A DNA stretch of 64,000 nt from NCBI GenBank assembly GCA_965228855.1, contig CBDDIJ010000003.1, positions 3,168,001-3,232,000 of the forward strand, given 5' to 3'. Below, piece after piece: positions 41,519 to 51,084 of this stretch. Each line of letters begins with the position of its first letter. Position 1 is the first letter of the stretch. Position numbers and translations under genes: made by a program. The notes beneath the pieces are model-generated. The model was not told the origin of the DNA and ran no database searches. It worked only from the letters and a program-made list of their open reading frames with translations. Origin of the DNA: Candidatus Obscuribacterales bacterium. GTDB taxonomy: Bacteria > Cyanobacteriota > Vampirovibrionia > Obscuribacterales > Obscuribacteraceae.

Positions 41519-42370
41519 CTAAACAGAAACCATAGATATGCTGTGCCGATCTGCAAAGGCAGCCATCTCCTGCTCTTCAACCACAAGAACTTCATTTGCG
41601 GCAACCGCAAGAACGCCGCCGGGCTTCGACGAAACCATCGCTTCCAGCGTGTTCATGCCAACTGTCGGCGTATCGAAGCGAGGGTCTTTTCCTTTTTTAG
41701 GAACCTTACAAACGACCACAGGTCCACCGGCAAGCTGCACACCGCGCCTGATTGCAGCGTCCGTACCCTCGATAGCTTCAATCGCCAGAATCATTCTGTC
41801 CTTCACGACGACAGTCTGACCGATGTGAATCCTGGCCAGCTCGCGGGCAATGTTAATGCCATATTCGATATCGACGTACTCATCGGCTGTCGGTTGGCGT
41901 TTAGACAAAACTCCAACATCCGGGAATATGTGTTTCAAAAACTCAGATTGGGTCAAAACCTTGACACCATGCCGCTCCGCCAGGTCACCAGCCAACGACT
42001 GAATTGCATCATCCGAAAAATCCGTCAGCTTGCTGAGTTCGCGAACAGCCGTCCAGTCAAGCTTGAACGCCGATTTAAGCAACTCGGACTTGTGCATCTT
42101 TCCGATGAAAACAATTTCTTCGAGCCCTTCTTTCTTGATGAGCTCCATGTTTCGCCCCAACTGACCGGGTGCAATCTCGATAACTTTGACGCAGTGCGGA
42201 CCGACGCGAGCAGGCGCTTCCTCAGCCATAGTGAAGGCGGTGACATCGTATCCCTTGTTCTTCGCACTCTGCGCCAGAATGCCGGGTAGCTTTCCTCCAC
42301 CCGCCAGAAGACCCAGTCTTTTGCGGGTTTTCACAGCTTCACGTTGTTCGTTCATGACCGAATTCGTCAT
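41519..42370 (-). CDS. lpxI: UDP-2,3-diacylglucosamine diphosphatase LpxI
   Basis: LGLLAGGGKLP, IGQTVVV, AIEAIEGTDAAIRR, KVPK..D.RFDTPTVG. Confidence 0.92.
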   Translation of the reverse strand: MTNSVMNEQREAVKTRKRLGLLAGGGKLPGILAQSAKNKGYDVTAFTMAEEAPARVGPHCVKVIEIAPGQLGRNMELIKKEGLEEIVFIGKMHKSELLKSAFKLDWTAVRELSKLTDFSDDAIQSLAGDLAERHGVKVLTQSEFLKHIFPDVGVLSKRQPTADEYVDIEYGINIARELARIHIGQTVVVKDRMILAIEAIEGTDAAIRRGVQLAGGPVVVCKVPKKGKDPRFDTPTVGMNTLEAMVSSKPGGVLAVAANEVLVVEEQEMAAFADRHSISMVSV

Positions 42371-42563
42371 CTCGCCTGTCTCTCGGATTTACCGCACGCA
42401 AGTCTAGCATGACCTTGGCAGCCTGACCCGTGTGGGCGTTTAAGACAGCGGCGGCGGAAACAATAAGTTGCTAAGACAGTCATTTTTATCACGCAGACGA
42501 AATGAAAAAACGCGCAGATTTAATGGAAAATGCTCCAAAACCCTGAACCTTTCACGCGTTTCC

Positions 42564-42593
42564 TTGACATCAACAAACTAATCACATTAAACT
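42564..42593 (+). promoter_or_regulatory. Putative sigma-70 promoter for 42626 ORF
   Basis: TTGACA-18 bp-TAAACT, 32 bp upstream of the ATG. Confidence 0.4.
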
Positions 42594-42625
42594 GAACTAA
42601 AGGTCGGTTTATCTCTTGGAAAATC

Positions 42626-43225
42626 ATGGCGAAATTTACACTTAATAAAAACCGAAACACCCCGCTCTGCTTATCGTTAGCAGCAGTCGGTTTAGTTACT
42701 GGTGCGGTCCTGATGACAATACAACCGGCATCAGCTCAGGGGTTGAAACACTTTTACATGGCTCGTCAGCAAGTGCAAATCACTGACGATGCGCCGCTAG
42801 TCAATGATCAGCGCACGTTTCCACAGGGTGGGCAGCCAGGACAGGGCATGGGGGCGCTCCCGGCGCGCCCAATGGCACTCCCACGTGCCGGTTTTCAAAG
42901 CTACTCCAGCCAGATGCAGAGCGGTCCAACCACCAGCCTGCCTCAGGTCGTCAACGGCGTGCCGCCCAAAGATCCGGGTCCACTGCCTGTGAAGAAGGGC
43001 AAAAGCGCCAAAACCGGACAGCTGAAGGTGAAGGCGGACAGCAAGAAGCCGGTCAGCACTGCGGCGACGAAACCGCCTGTGACGGCAGCGAAGGCATATT
43101 CGCCCTATAAAGGATACAATCCGGGCGCGGCGGCTCAAGCTCCGCAGCAAACCGCCGGCGCGTCGAACATGCAATCGAAGACCAAAGTGCGCGGCAGCGT
43201 GCTGCACTGGGCGCGAGGACATTGA
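42626..43225 (+). CDS. Secreted Pro/Lys/Ala-rich hypothetical protein
   Basis: 199-aa ORF with signal peptide (ASA-Q). Confidence 0.7.
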   Translation: MAKFTLNKNRNTPLCLSLAAVGLVTGAVLMTIQPASAQGLKHFYMARQQVQITDDAPLVNDQRTFPQGGQPGQGMGALPARPMALPRAGFQSYSSQMQSGPTTSLPQVVNGVPPKDPGPLPVKKGKSAKTGQLKVKADSKKPVSTAATKPPVTAAKAYSPYKGYNPGAAAQAPQQTAGASNMQSKTKVRGSVLHWARGH

Positions 43226-43333
43226 CAAGGCATCGTTGATTATCACGATGTTTCAAAGTCTTTGCACTCACCGAAAGACAGCTTGCTGACTGTGGTAAGA
43301 TTCTAGAGCAATGGGACAGCACGTCCCCCATAT

Positions 43334-43407
43334 CTGCCCGTAGCCCAGTTGGATAGAGCGCATGGCTACGAACCATGAGGTCGGAAGTTCGAGTCTTCCC
43401 GGGCAGG
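43334..43407 (+). tRNA. tRNA-Arg(ACG), integration target; CCA not encoded
   Basis: Cloverleaf: acceptor CTGCCCG/CGGGCAG, D arm GCCC..GAGC, anticodon stem CATGG/CCATG with loop CTACGAA, T arm GGAAG-TTCGAGT-CTTCC. Confidence 0.96.
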
Positions 43408-43435
43408 CTCTTTTTAGACAATTGAGTGTATCGCA

Positions 43436-43454
43436 AGTTAGCAACGAGTTAGCA
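43436..43454 (+). promoter_or_regulatory. Putative integrase arm-type sites, attL side
   Basis: AGTTAGCA x2 at 11-bp spacing, mirrored at 62001-62019. Confidence 0.65.
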
Positions 43455-43523
43455 GCACGTGAAAGCAACATCGTTGTGTGTCACCACGGGCGATATCACC
43501 GACACTGGGAGCAGATTCATTGA

Positions 43524-44549
43524 ATGTTAGAAGAAGGCATTGGGCGAACGACAGAGATTGATGCGCACGGTCATGTTACGCCAAGACACACGCTCGAAAA
43601 GATGGCGTCTGCCGTAAACGCTCCTGAAGGTGCGCAGGTCAATCTAATCAATCATGATTGGAGCATACCGCCAATCGGTAAGGTTATCAGGGCTGCGGTA
43701 CGGCCTCTGGACGACGGCTCCGAAGATTTCGCATTGCACCTTACCTTTGAGCGGTTTGAGGGACGCAATACGATTCAACTTCCAAGTGGAACGTCACTTG
43801 TTGTTCAAGGAAGCGAGAATGATGTTCGTCCATTTAGTTTTACGCAGCGGGACTATCAGCAAAATCTTGTAAGCCTGGTACTGGAGGCAAGAAACTTTCC
43901 CACAGTGCAAGAGTTGAAGTCTTTTAAGCAGGAGATTGACACCTCACCAATTTCTTGCCAGCTCGTCATTCAGCATGAGAAAGATCTACTAGTAACACCA
44001 AGTCTGCTGTTCCTACTCGGATACGGTTTCTTGGGCTGGTATGGGCTAAAAGTCAGCTCGAAGGTTGTAGACAAAATCGCCGATAAGCACGCAGAAAAAA
44101 TAATTGAAAACACCAATCAACTTATTCAGTTGTCGAAGCAGGCGGTAATCAGTTTCAAAAAACATCGAGGTGAGGCGGCAAGTACGCCCATGTTCCGGCA
44201 CCAGATTCAAGGTGACCCGATTGTAGAATTGGTCTACAGAGGAGAAGATGAACATTGGGCAAAATTAGGATTCTCGCAAGAAGCGCTTGAAGCAGCATTT
44301 GATCAAGCTCGCGAACTCAAGGAGCATGCTAACGCTGCCTACGTTCAATTTGTGTTTGACGATAAATGCCTGTGGAAGTTAAATTGGGCCGCTACAGACA
44401 AGGGTGAGATCGTCGCTAGCGAATACGCCCTCTCCATGAGAGACAGTTTGCTTCGAGAGATTGAAGAAGAGTGTAGATCTGAAGGAAGGACTGTGGGTCT
44501 ATCACCAGCCTACGTACCAACGGAAATAGAACTGCGTGAGAAATCTTAG
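43524..44549 (+). CDS. Hypothetical protein with phage prohead-protease-like termini and a central hydrophobic helix
   Basis: N-terminal TTEIDAHG...LINHDWSIPPIGKV and C-terminal GLSPAY..IELREKS resemble HK97-type maturation protease motifs; central LLFLLGYGFLGWYGL helix. Confidence 0.6.
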   Translation: MLEEGIGRTTEIDAHGHVTPRHTLEKMASAVNAPEGAQVNLINHDWSIPPIGKVIRAAVRPLDDGSEDFALHLTFERFEGRNTIQLPSGTSLVVQGSENDVRPFSFTQRDYQQNLVSLVLEARNFPTVQELKSFKQEIDTSPISCQLVIQHEKDLLVTPSLLFLLGYGFLGWYGLKVSSKVVDKIADKHAEKIIENTNQLIQLSKQAVISFKKHRGEAASTPMFRHQIQGDPIVELVYRGEDEHWAKLGFSQEALEAAFDQARELKEHANAAYVQFVFDDKCLWKLNWAATDKGEIVASEYALSMRDSLLREIEEECRSEGRTVGLSPAYVPTEIELREKS

Positions 44550-44717
44550 CGCTCCTCGCCAGGGTTTCTAGAAAACATACTTTTCCATTTAGCAAGCCCG
44601 ATGCCATCACGGGTGATACCGATTTCGAGACAGGCAGACCTATCGATATCACAAGAGCTTAAGACCTCCTTCCCTGTGCGCTATAATAGGCGCGCTAGTT
44701 CACAAGTGGTTGTTGAA

Positions 44718-45122
44718 ATGAATCATTGGTTGCTTTGTCTTCCGCGCGCAGACATGGAACACTGTATCAAGATCGGTACTTTCGGTCTCAATAGGAAATA
44801 CATGTTAGGACAAGTCCGCGTTGATGACGACATTGCGTGCTGTGCCGGAAAAGGCGAATGGATGATAGTCGGCATTGGCAAAGCGTCTAGCGAGTATTTT
44901 ATAGATGATCGGAAAAAGTTTCTGGGCAACGGCCTGTTCCCCGACCGATTCGAATTTAGAGCGAAGCAACTAGCAAGCTCTAACGAGGTTTCCTTAATTG
45001 AAATTCTTGACAAGCTTTCCTTTGTTAGTAACATCGCACACTGGTCTGTGTACTTCAGGAACGGTATCGTCAAGATCTCCGATCATGACTGGGATCTGAT
45101 AGCGTCATTGGTCCGGAAGTGA
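44718..45122 (+). CDS. EVE domain protein (PUA-like modified-base reader)
   Basis: MNHWL..., GIGKASSEYF, FPDRF, LSFV...W..YFR.G..KISDHDWDLI. Start at ATG 44718. Confidence 0.8.
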   Translation: MNHWLLCLPRADMEHCIKIGTFGLNRKYMLGQVRVDDDIACCAGKGEWMIVGIGKASSEYFIDDRKKFLGNGLFPDRFEFRAKQLASSNEVSLIEILDKLSFVSNIAHWSVYFRNGIVKISDHDWDLIASLVRK

Positions 45123-45361
45123 CATCTCAATATCGATTGTCCGATATTGATTTCTTCGTCCGAGAATATGTTGCAAACGCGTTGATAATAAATCACGCCA
45201 CCATAAGTGGTGTTATTTTGTTTGAAAAATAGATCGTACAAAGAGAGGTTTCCATCGGCATCTTCGGGGATGGATGGTTTTCCGATGCGAGAGTACAAGG
45301 TATCCATTTGGATTGAGTTGTTGTATACACATTATTCGGGAACAAAGCACAGTGACAACAA

Positions 45362-48300
45362 ATGAGGCGCGCGACAGTGAGTCCGCCTAAGAAAAAGAAT
45401 CCCAAGAAACCATCCAATAAAAATGCTGAAAGCTCGAAACAGCGCGGAACATCTTCTGCTGCACGAAGGGGCCTTGTTGCCGAGACTGGAATTAAGTACC
45501 CTCCCATAGCGATCGAAATATCTAGCCTCAGTTCGTCTGCCAAGAAGAAGTTTGCCAAGTCACTCGAAAAATACCTGGACAATCTGGAGCGGCTTGTTAG
45601 TGAGAGTAGTCGCTCACATCGTTTCGCGATGTTCTTTCAAGAGATCTTCGGAGTTGAAACTGAGCTAATCGCAAAGTACACGACTGGAATAGAGAAGAGC
45701 CTTCGAGTAAAAAACGATGATCAAATATTGAGAGGTCGTGCAGACAATCTATTCGGCAACTTAATCATTGAGTTTGAATCCAAGATACCAGACAAGCTGA
45801 ATGAAGCAATAGAGCAGCTAAGAAGATACGTAGCGATTATTTGGTCCACCGAGCAGTTGAATGAGAGAACACCTTTTCTTGCGCTCGCCACTGATGGTGC
45901 TCGATTCTATATGTACTCCGCGACGGCTGATCAAACCAAGGCGTTTTTGAGTCCAGATGACGTTGAGCTTACCGAAGTAGACTACGTAGATTGGACTTCG
46001 CTCAATGCCGATGATGTATGGATGTGGGTTGACCGCTACTTCTGGCGAGAAGAGCCGATGATCCCGCAGACCAACACAATAGTTCGCGACTTCGGGATCG
46101 GAAGCCATGCGTTCAAAACCATCACGAATGTTTTGATGAGCCGATGGCAAAGCTGCAAATCAAAAAGCTCTTTTGATGTCGTTTATGATAGTTGGGAGAA
46201 GTATCTTAGGATCGTGTATGGCGAAACGGTCGGAGCCGATGAGCTGTTTATAAGGCATACATACCTAGCCACTTTTGCAAAGCTGCTCTCGTGGGTTCAT
46301 ATCAGCGAGAGCACGCACTCCCCTTCACTTGAAGAAATAAATGAAGTAATTAGTGGCGACTACTTCAAGAAACAAGGAATCGAAAATTTCATTGAGGAGG
46401 ATTTCTTCTCCTGGATCGTTAGAAGTGAAGCCTTATCTGACGGTATTAAGATCTGCAAGTGGTTGCTCAGCATTCTTCGAAAGTACGACTTGAGTCGACT
46501 CTCAGAGGATGTTCTCAAGTCGCTTTACCAAGAACTTGTCGATCCGCAAGCAAGGCGCTACCTCGGTGAATTCTACACACCAGATTGGCTGGCTGACAAA
46601 ATCGTATCTGGAGCATTGCAAAAGAAGCCGGAAGCAACAGTTTTGGATCCGACGTGCGGCTCTGGGTCCTTCCTCTATCTGGCGGTGAGACGCAAACGAG
46701 AACTTTTGGGAGAATCACAAGATACACTCGCCCATGTATTTTCGAGCGTTTGCGGAATTGATATCCACCCACTGGCAGTAATCATTGCGAAAACAAACTT
46801 CATTTTGGCGCTTGGCGGTCTCCTCGCTAAAAGAAAACAATCGGTCACTATTCCTGTCTATTTGAGCGACTCAATTCGCCTTCCAGAGAAGGGGCAGATG
46901 TCCGTTTTCTTGCAAGTCCCCGGATTCAAAGTCACCTTAGAGGGAACCGAAGTCTTCTTGCCAGAAGAGTTCGTTGAGGACTACAACCTTTACGATCAGA
47001 CAATCGAACTGGCGCGAGAGTATGCCAGGCAGCACGAGAAAAAGCCCATTGACGTAACCTCGTTCAAAAGTTTTCTCGAAGTTTCAAAATACCCAAAACT
47101 AAGTGATGACCAACTTGTCCGATCCGCGTTTGAAATTGCGAAGGTACTCAAAGACTTCATCGACAACGAGCGAGACTCAATTTGGTCGTATGTACTCAAA
47201 AACATCTACAAGCCGCTCTTCCTGAAAAACAAATTCGACTACATTCTAGGAAATCCACCATGGCTACCCTATCGGCTTATGGAGAGCCAGTATCAAAAAT
47301 CCCTCAAAGAGCAAATCGTCAGGCAGTACAAACTATACTGCGGCAAGGCAGAGATGATGACCGCTATGGAAGTCGCAACCCTGTTTTTGCTACGTGCAGC
47401 AGATCTCTATCTTAAGAAGGGCGGCGAGATTACTTTTGTTCTCCCCCGCTCAATTTTCTCTGCCGAACAACACGATAGCTTACGGAGGAAATCCTTCAAG
47501 CTCTTCGAGAACACAGATCAAACCGTTGATTGGTGCGAAATTTGGGATTTGAAAGACGTCAAACCAATTTTCAGATTTCCCTGCTGTGTGCTTCGTGCAG
47601 AGAAAATCGATTCCGATCCAAACCGCAAGCACACGCCGACACCAACACTCACATTCAGCGGGCGACTTCCAAACCGAAATTTGAAACTCTCTGATGCACA
47701 AATTCACTTGAGCCACCGAAGCGAACAATTGCAAACGCAATTGATCGGAAAACGCTCTTTCTGGGACACCAATACCACCACCGTTACAAATTTAGGGCGA
47801 AGCGCGTATTTTGACAAATTCGCAGAGGGAGCGACTATCGTTCCTCGGTGCTGCTGGTTTGTGACCATTGGCGCCACCAAGCTTGGTATCAATTTGAAGT
47901 GTCCAGCAATAGCGAGTGAGCCCCATGCGATGGCGACTGCAAAGGACGCATACAAAGGTGTTAGTATCAAGGGCACCGTAGAGAATCAGTTCCTGTACGG
48001 CACGATGACTGGTTCGGAAGTTATTCCTTTCGGCTCAACAGGAATGAGAGTCGTGCTCCTACCCCTACTACGAAAGAATGGAATTAGTAAGATTTTTGAA
48101 AGTGCTGATGCCAGATCATCAGGATTTCTCCACTTATCAAAATGGTTGCTTCAGGTTGAGAAAGTCTGGAGCGAACGACGTGGTGCAAAGGCCGGGAAGA
48201 TGACCATTTACAAGCGCATAAACCACAACAATGGTTTAACGCGTCAAAAGACAGACGCTCAATATAGAGTGGTATACAACGGCGCCGGTAAAAACATTTC

Positions 48301-48739
48301 TTGTGCAGTCATTGAAAAACAGAAGGACATGAGTACAAACATCAATGGCCAAGACATATCGTTGTCGGGGTTCATCGCGGACTGCAAACTAATTTATTTT
48401 GAAACGGATAATGCAAACGAAGCGTTCTACCTGGCAGCATTTTTAAACTCGTCAGAGGTCAACAAGCTGATTAAGCCGATTCAAAGCCATGGGGAACACA
48501 ATCCGCGAGACATTCACAAAAAGCCGTTTGAATTGCCAATACCAAAATTCGATCCCAAAGATCAAACCCACATTCGTCTTGCCAAGCTGTCGCGAGCAGC
48601 CACCGACAAGATTCGAAAGTGGTCCAAGTCAACGAATCTGTCAACGCAATCAATAGCGAAAACTCGTGCCCAGGCTAGGAGTCTAATTACTTCGGAACTC
48701 GAAGAGATCGACAGTATTGTGAAACCACTACTAAGCTGA
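45362..48739 (+). CDS. Type IIG-like fused restriction endonuclease / N6-adenine methyltransferase
   Basis: N-terminal GRADNLFGNLIIEFE nuclease-like motif, LGEFYTPDW, VLDPTCGSGSFL (motif I), GNPPW (motif IV), C-terminal TRD-like region (YLAAFLNS, LPIPKFDP). Confidence 0.9.
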   Translation: MRRATVSPPKKKNPKKPSNKNAESSKQRGTSSAARRGLVAETGIKYPPIAIEISSLSSSAKKKFAKSLEKYLDNLERLVSESSRSHRFAMFFQEIFGVETELIAKYTTGIEKSLRVKNDDQILRGRADNLFGNLIIEFESKIPDKLNEAIEQLRRYVAIIWSTEQLNERTPFLALATDGARFYMYSATADQTKAFLSPDDVELTEVDYVDWTSLNADDVWMWVDRYFWREEPMIPQTNTIVRDFGIGSHAFKTITNVLMSRWQSCKSKSSFDVVYDSWEKYLRIVYGETVGADELFIRHTYLATFAKLLSWVHISESTHSPSLEEINEVISGDYFKKQGIENFIEEDFFSWIVRSEALSDGIKICKWLLSILRKYDLSRLSEDVLKSLYQELVDPQARRYLGEFYTPDWLADKIVSGALQKKPEATVLDPTCGSGSFLYLAVRRKRELLGESQDTLAHVFSSVCGIDIHPLAVIIAKTNFILALGGLLAKRKQSVTIPVYLSDSIRLPEKGQMSVFLQVPGFKVTLEGTEVFLPEEFVEDYNLYDQTIELAREYARQHEKKPIDVTSFKSFLEVSKYPKLSDDQLVRSAFEIAKVLKDFIDNERDSIWSYVLKNIYKPLFLKNKFDYILGNPPWLPYRLMESQYQKSLKEQIVRQYKLYCGKAEMMTAMEVATLFLLRAADLYLKKGGEITFVLPRSIFSAEQHDSLRRKSFKLFENTDQTVDWCEIWDLKDVKPIFRFPCCVLRAEKIDSDPNRKHTPTPTLTFSGRLPNRNLKLSDAQIHLSHRSEQLQTQLIGKRSFWDTNTTTVTNLGRSAYFDKFAEGATIVPRCCWFVTIGATKLGINLKCPAIASEPHAMATAKDAYKGVSIKGTVENQFLYGTMTGSEVIPFGSTGMRVVLLPLLRKNGISKIFESADARSSGFLHLSKWLLQVEKVWSERRGAKAGKMTIYKRINHNNGLTRQKTDAQYRVVYNGAGKNISCAVIEKQKDMSTNINGQDISLSGFIADCKLIYFETDNANEAFYLAAFLNSSEVNKLIKPIQSHGEHNPRDIHKKPFELPIPKFDPKDQTHIRLAKLSRAATDKIRKWSKSTNLSTQSIAKTRAQARSLITSELEEIDSIVKPLLS

Positions 48740-48798
48740 ATCACCAAGGGCATCCTGCCAGTTCCGCGAAAAATTATCGAAGAATGCGCACCGCGCAA

Positions 48799-50052
48799 TC
48801 ATTTAACCTGACCGTGATCAAATACAGGCAATGGCTGACCCATGTACACGCTCAGATCCATTATGATCTCGCTCACGCCCGGTGGTAGTTTGTCATACTT
48901 GTCGCGTGTCAAATCGCCAAGAATCATTTTGTCGCTGATGCTTGAACCGCTTGATTGAATCAATTCAGCCTCGCTAGCTTTTCCAGTTCGGTCGATTTGG
49001 AACCGAACCTTGAAAGTCTCTCGATTCTTCGTCGCAAGTCCACCGAATCGAATATTTCGATGCATCGTCTTACTGAGCCACTGGCTCAAATCTGTCTTGA
49101 TGAGCCCGGGTCTGTCAGGCTGAAATAGAGCCCCTTCCCGTAATGGCGAATTGAGACCTGGTCTCAGTCCCACCAGCTCAATCACTCCGTCAGACGGATT
49201 GTAGGACGAATCCTGAAACGCCATGTCACACTTCACAAGGTATGAAAGCTCTGACGCACAAATGCGCTTCATCGCTTCCTCTCCGACTGAGGCCGCCGTT
49301 TTGTCTTTGCCATGGCGCATCATCTGAATGTTGAACAGGGCATCGTCTGTATCAAGACTGAATCGGCAACCAAGCAGCAAGCAACCCAATGACCGCTCTT
49401 TATCTCCTTCCTTGGCCAATAGAAAACCGAGTTCATGCCATAGCCGCGACCACCGCGGATCAAGCTGTACGGCTTCAATGAAATGCGCGCGAGCAGCAGA
49501 GAACTGTTCCAAGGCAACCTCAGTTTCAGCAAGATAGCCGAGCGGATAAGACCATTTCGGATACATCGCATGGGCCATCTGAAAACCCGCAGCGGCTTCG
49601 TTCAACAACAACTCCCTCCGGGCCCCGGAACTCTTCTGTCCGGTTGCGAGAGTGTTGATTGATTTCGCATACATGCGAGAAGTGTCCAGATCAATCCGGC
49701 TTTGCGGTCTCCTAATGAACGCGGCTTCAATTGCGTCATCAGTTTGCTTTTGACGTTCCACATCGTTGAACAATGAACTCCCGTTCCATAACAGCGAAGC
49801 ACGAATGATACGATCCACCGCTGGCGGCACATTGCTTTTCCTCAATATGATTGGTTCGTGAGGTTTGGGAGGCGGATATAATGGAGACGTCTCGTTTGCT
49901 GCTGCGGCATTTGCAGGGAAGGATATGGCTATAAGACAAGCGACAATTTGCTGAACAATTTTAGTGCCAGGTCCGTTCATTCTGCGCATTTCCAGTATTC
50001 CCTGTAAATAGTGATTCTTGAAATTCTTCATGTGCGATAGGTTGCACTGCAC
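48799..50052 (-). CDS. Secreted TPR protein with TonB C-terminal-like domain
   Basis: Signal-like segment, TPRs, VRFQIDRTG...LIQSSGS..SD motif. True start is probably downstream of 50052. Confidence 0.65.
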   Translation of the reverse strand: MQCNLSHMKNFKNHYLQGILEMRRMNGPGTKIVQQIVACLIAISFPANAAAANETSPLYPPPKPHEPIILRKSNVPPAVDRIIRASLLWNGSSLFNDVERQKQTDDAIEAAFIRRPQSRIDLDTSRMYAKSINTLATGQKSSGARRELLLNEAAAGFQMAHAMYPKWSYPLGYLAETEVALEQFSAARAHFIEAVQLDPRWSRLWHELGFLLAKEGDKERSLGCLLLGCRFSLDTDDALFNIQMMRHGKDKTAASVGEEAMKRICASELSYLVKCDMAFQDSSYNPSDGVIELVGLRPGLNSPLREGALFQPDRPGLIKTDLSQWLSKTMHRNIRFGGLATKNRETFKVRFQIDRTGKASEAELIQSSGSSISDKMILGDLTRDKYDKLPPGVSEIIMDLSVYMGQPLPVFDHGQVK

Positions 50053-50205
50053 TTCGAACTTCCCTTGCTCTCCGAAAATGGGATACAGACGCCATCAACA
50101 TTTCCAAAATTTTGTTCCCGTCGAGAATTCCTCTCTCACATTTCGGCAATGGCGGGCACCATATTTGATATCACCTTGCTCACGATGAAAGGTAAATATC
50201 CCTTG

Positions 50206-50712
50206 CTACTTAGTTCGGCGCCTATTCCCCAGAGCCTGACTTTGTCTCACTTCTCGCAACATTGCCAGGTCGCTCTCGTCGGGCTCCAAAATACAGATCT
50301 CAACATTCCACATATTGATCGCGGCGTGCTTGACCCAAACTTTCATCCCCTTTTCCGCAGCAAGCAAAATAACTAAAGTCGCATCGTGCCATGCTTCCGA
50401 ATGATGCTTCAGCGTTACCAACTTCAGAATGTCGCACGCGATCTTGTTTGGTTGAGCACCACGTAGACCATCAATCCCAGCATAGACCTCCACAAGAATC
50501 TTGGGGTCATGCGAGATTCCATCGACCTCCACGCGAACCTTATCAACATCGCTGATCAGAATAGACTGCGTGCGGAAGCCTTTGCCATTGCGTTCAAAGC
50601 AAACGCCCCTCAACTGCTCGAACCTATCGAGAAGCCTTTCGGCAATTATGCCTTGAAGAGAGGAGTCGCTAAGATCGGGCATCGCATCACACAATAGCAA
50701 CTGCACGGACAC
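50206..50712 (-). CDS. Small PD-(D/E)xK-like nuclease-fold protein
   Basis: VEVDG....ILVEVYA...AQ..KIACDILKL pattern. Confidence 0.55.
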   Translation of the reverse strand: MSVQLLLCDAMPDLSDSSLQGIIAERLLDRFEQLRGVCFERNGKGFRTQSILISDVDKVRVEVDGISHDPKILVEVYAGIDGLRGAQPNKIACDILKLVTLKHHSEAWHDATLVILLAAEKGMKVWVKHAAINMWNVEICILEPDESDLAMLREVRQSQALGNRRRTK

Positions 50713-50747
50713 GCAAAACGTTCCATGGAGATGTTCGGATTATACGA

Positions 50748-50836
50748 AAGTAATTACTTCCGGACTGATTGGCATCCATATACCACGCCGCCGGAAGTTA
50801 TTACTTCTGGAAAGTTATAACTTCCAGATATTTAAT
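50748..50836. promoter_or_regulatory. Three palindromic operators (AAGTWATWACTT) and -10 box of the XRE gene
   Basis: AAGTAATTACTT 50748-50759, AAGTTATTACTT 50795-50806, AAGTTATAACTT 50812-50823; TTTAAT 50831-50836 lies 6 bp before the GTG start. Confidence 0.8.
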
Positions 50837-50842
50837 GTCTAG

Positions 50843-51067
50843 GTGCCTAAACCTCAAGACCCCGTTAATACCTTTGGTCAGATTCTTCGTCAGCTCCGAG
50901 AAGAAAATGACTGGACGCAAGAAGACTTAGCAGCTGAGCTAAGCGTTGACCGCGCCTACGTTTCGCAACTGGAGAGAGGTCTTCAAAATCCGAGTTTGCG
51001 GGTAATGGTAAAAATCGCAAAGGTGCTTTCGGTGGATATAACGTTCGCAGGCATCGCGCTGAAGTAG
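50843..51067 (+). CDS. XRE-family HTH regulator, R-M controller (C-protein)-like
   Basis: FGQILRQLR...TQEDLAAELSVDRAYVSQLERGLQNPSL. Confidence 0.88.
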   Translation: MPKPQDPVNTFGQILRQLREENDWTQEDLAAELSVDRAYVSQLERGLQNPSLRVMVKIAKVLSVDITFAGIALK

Positions 51068-51084
51068 CTTTGCGAAGACTATTC

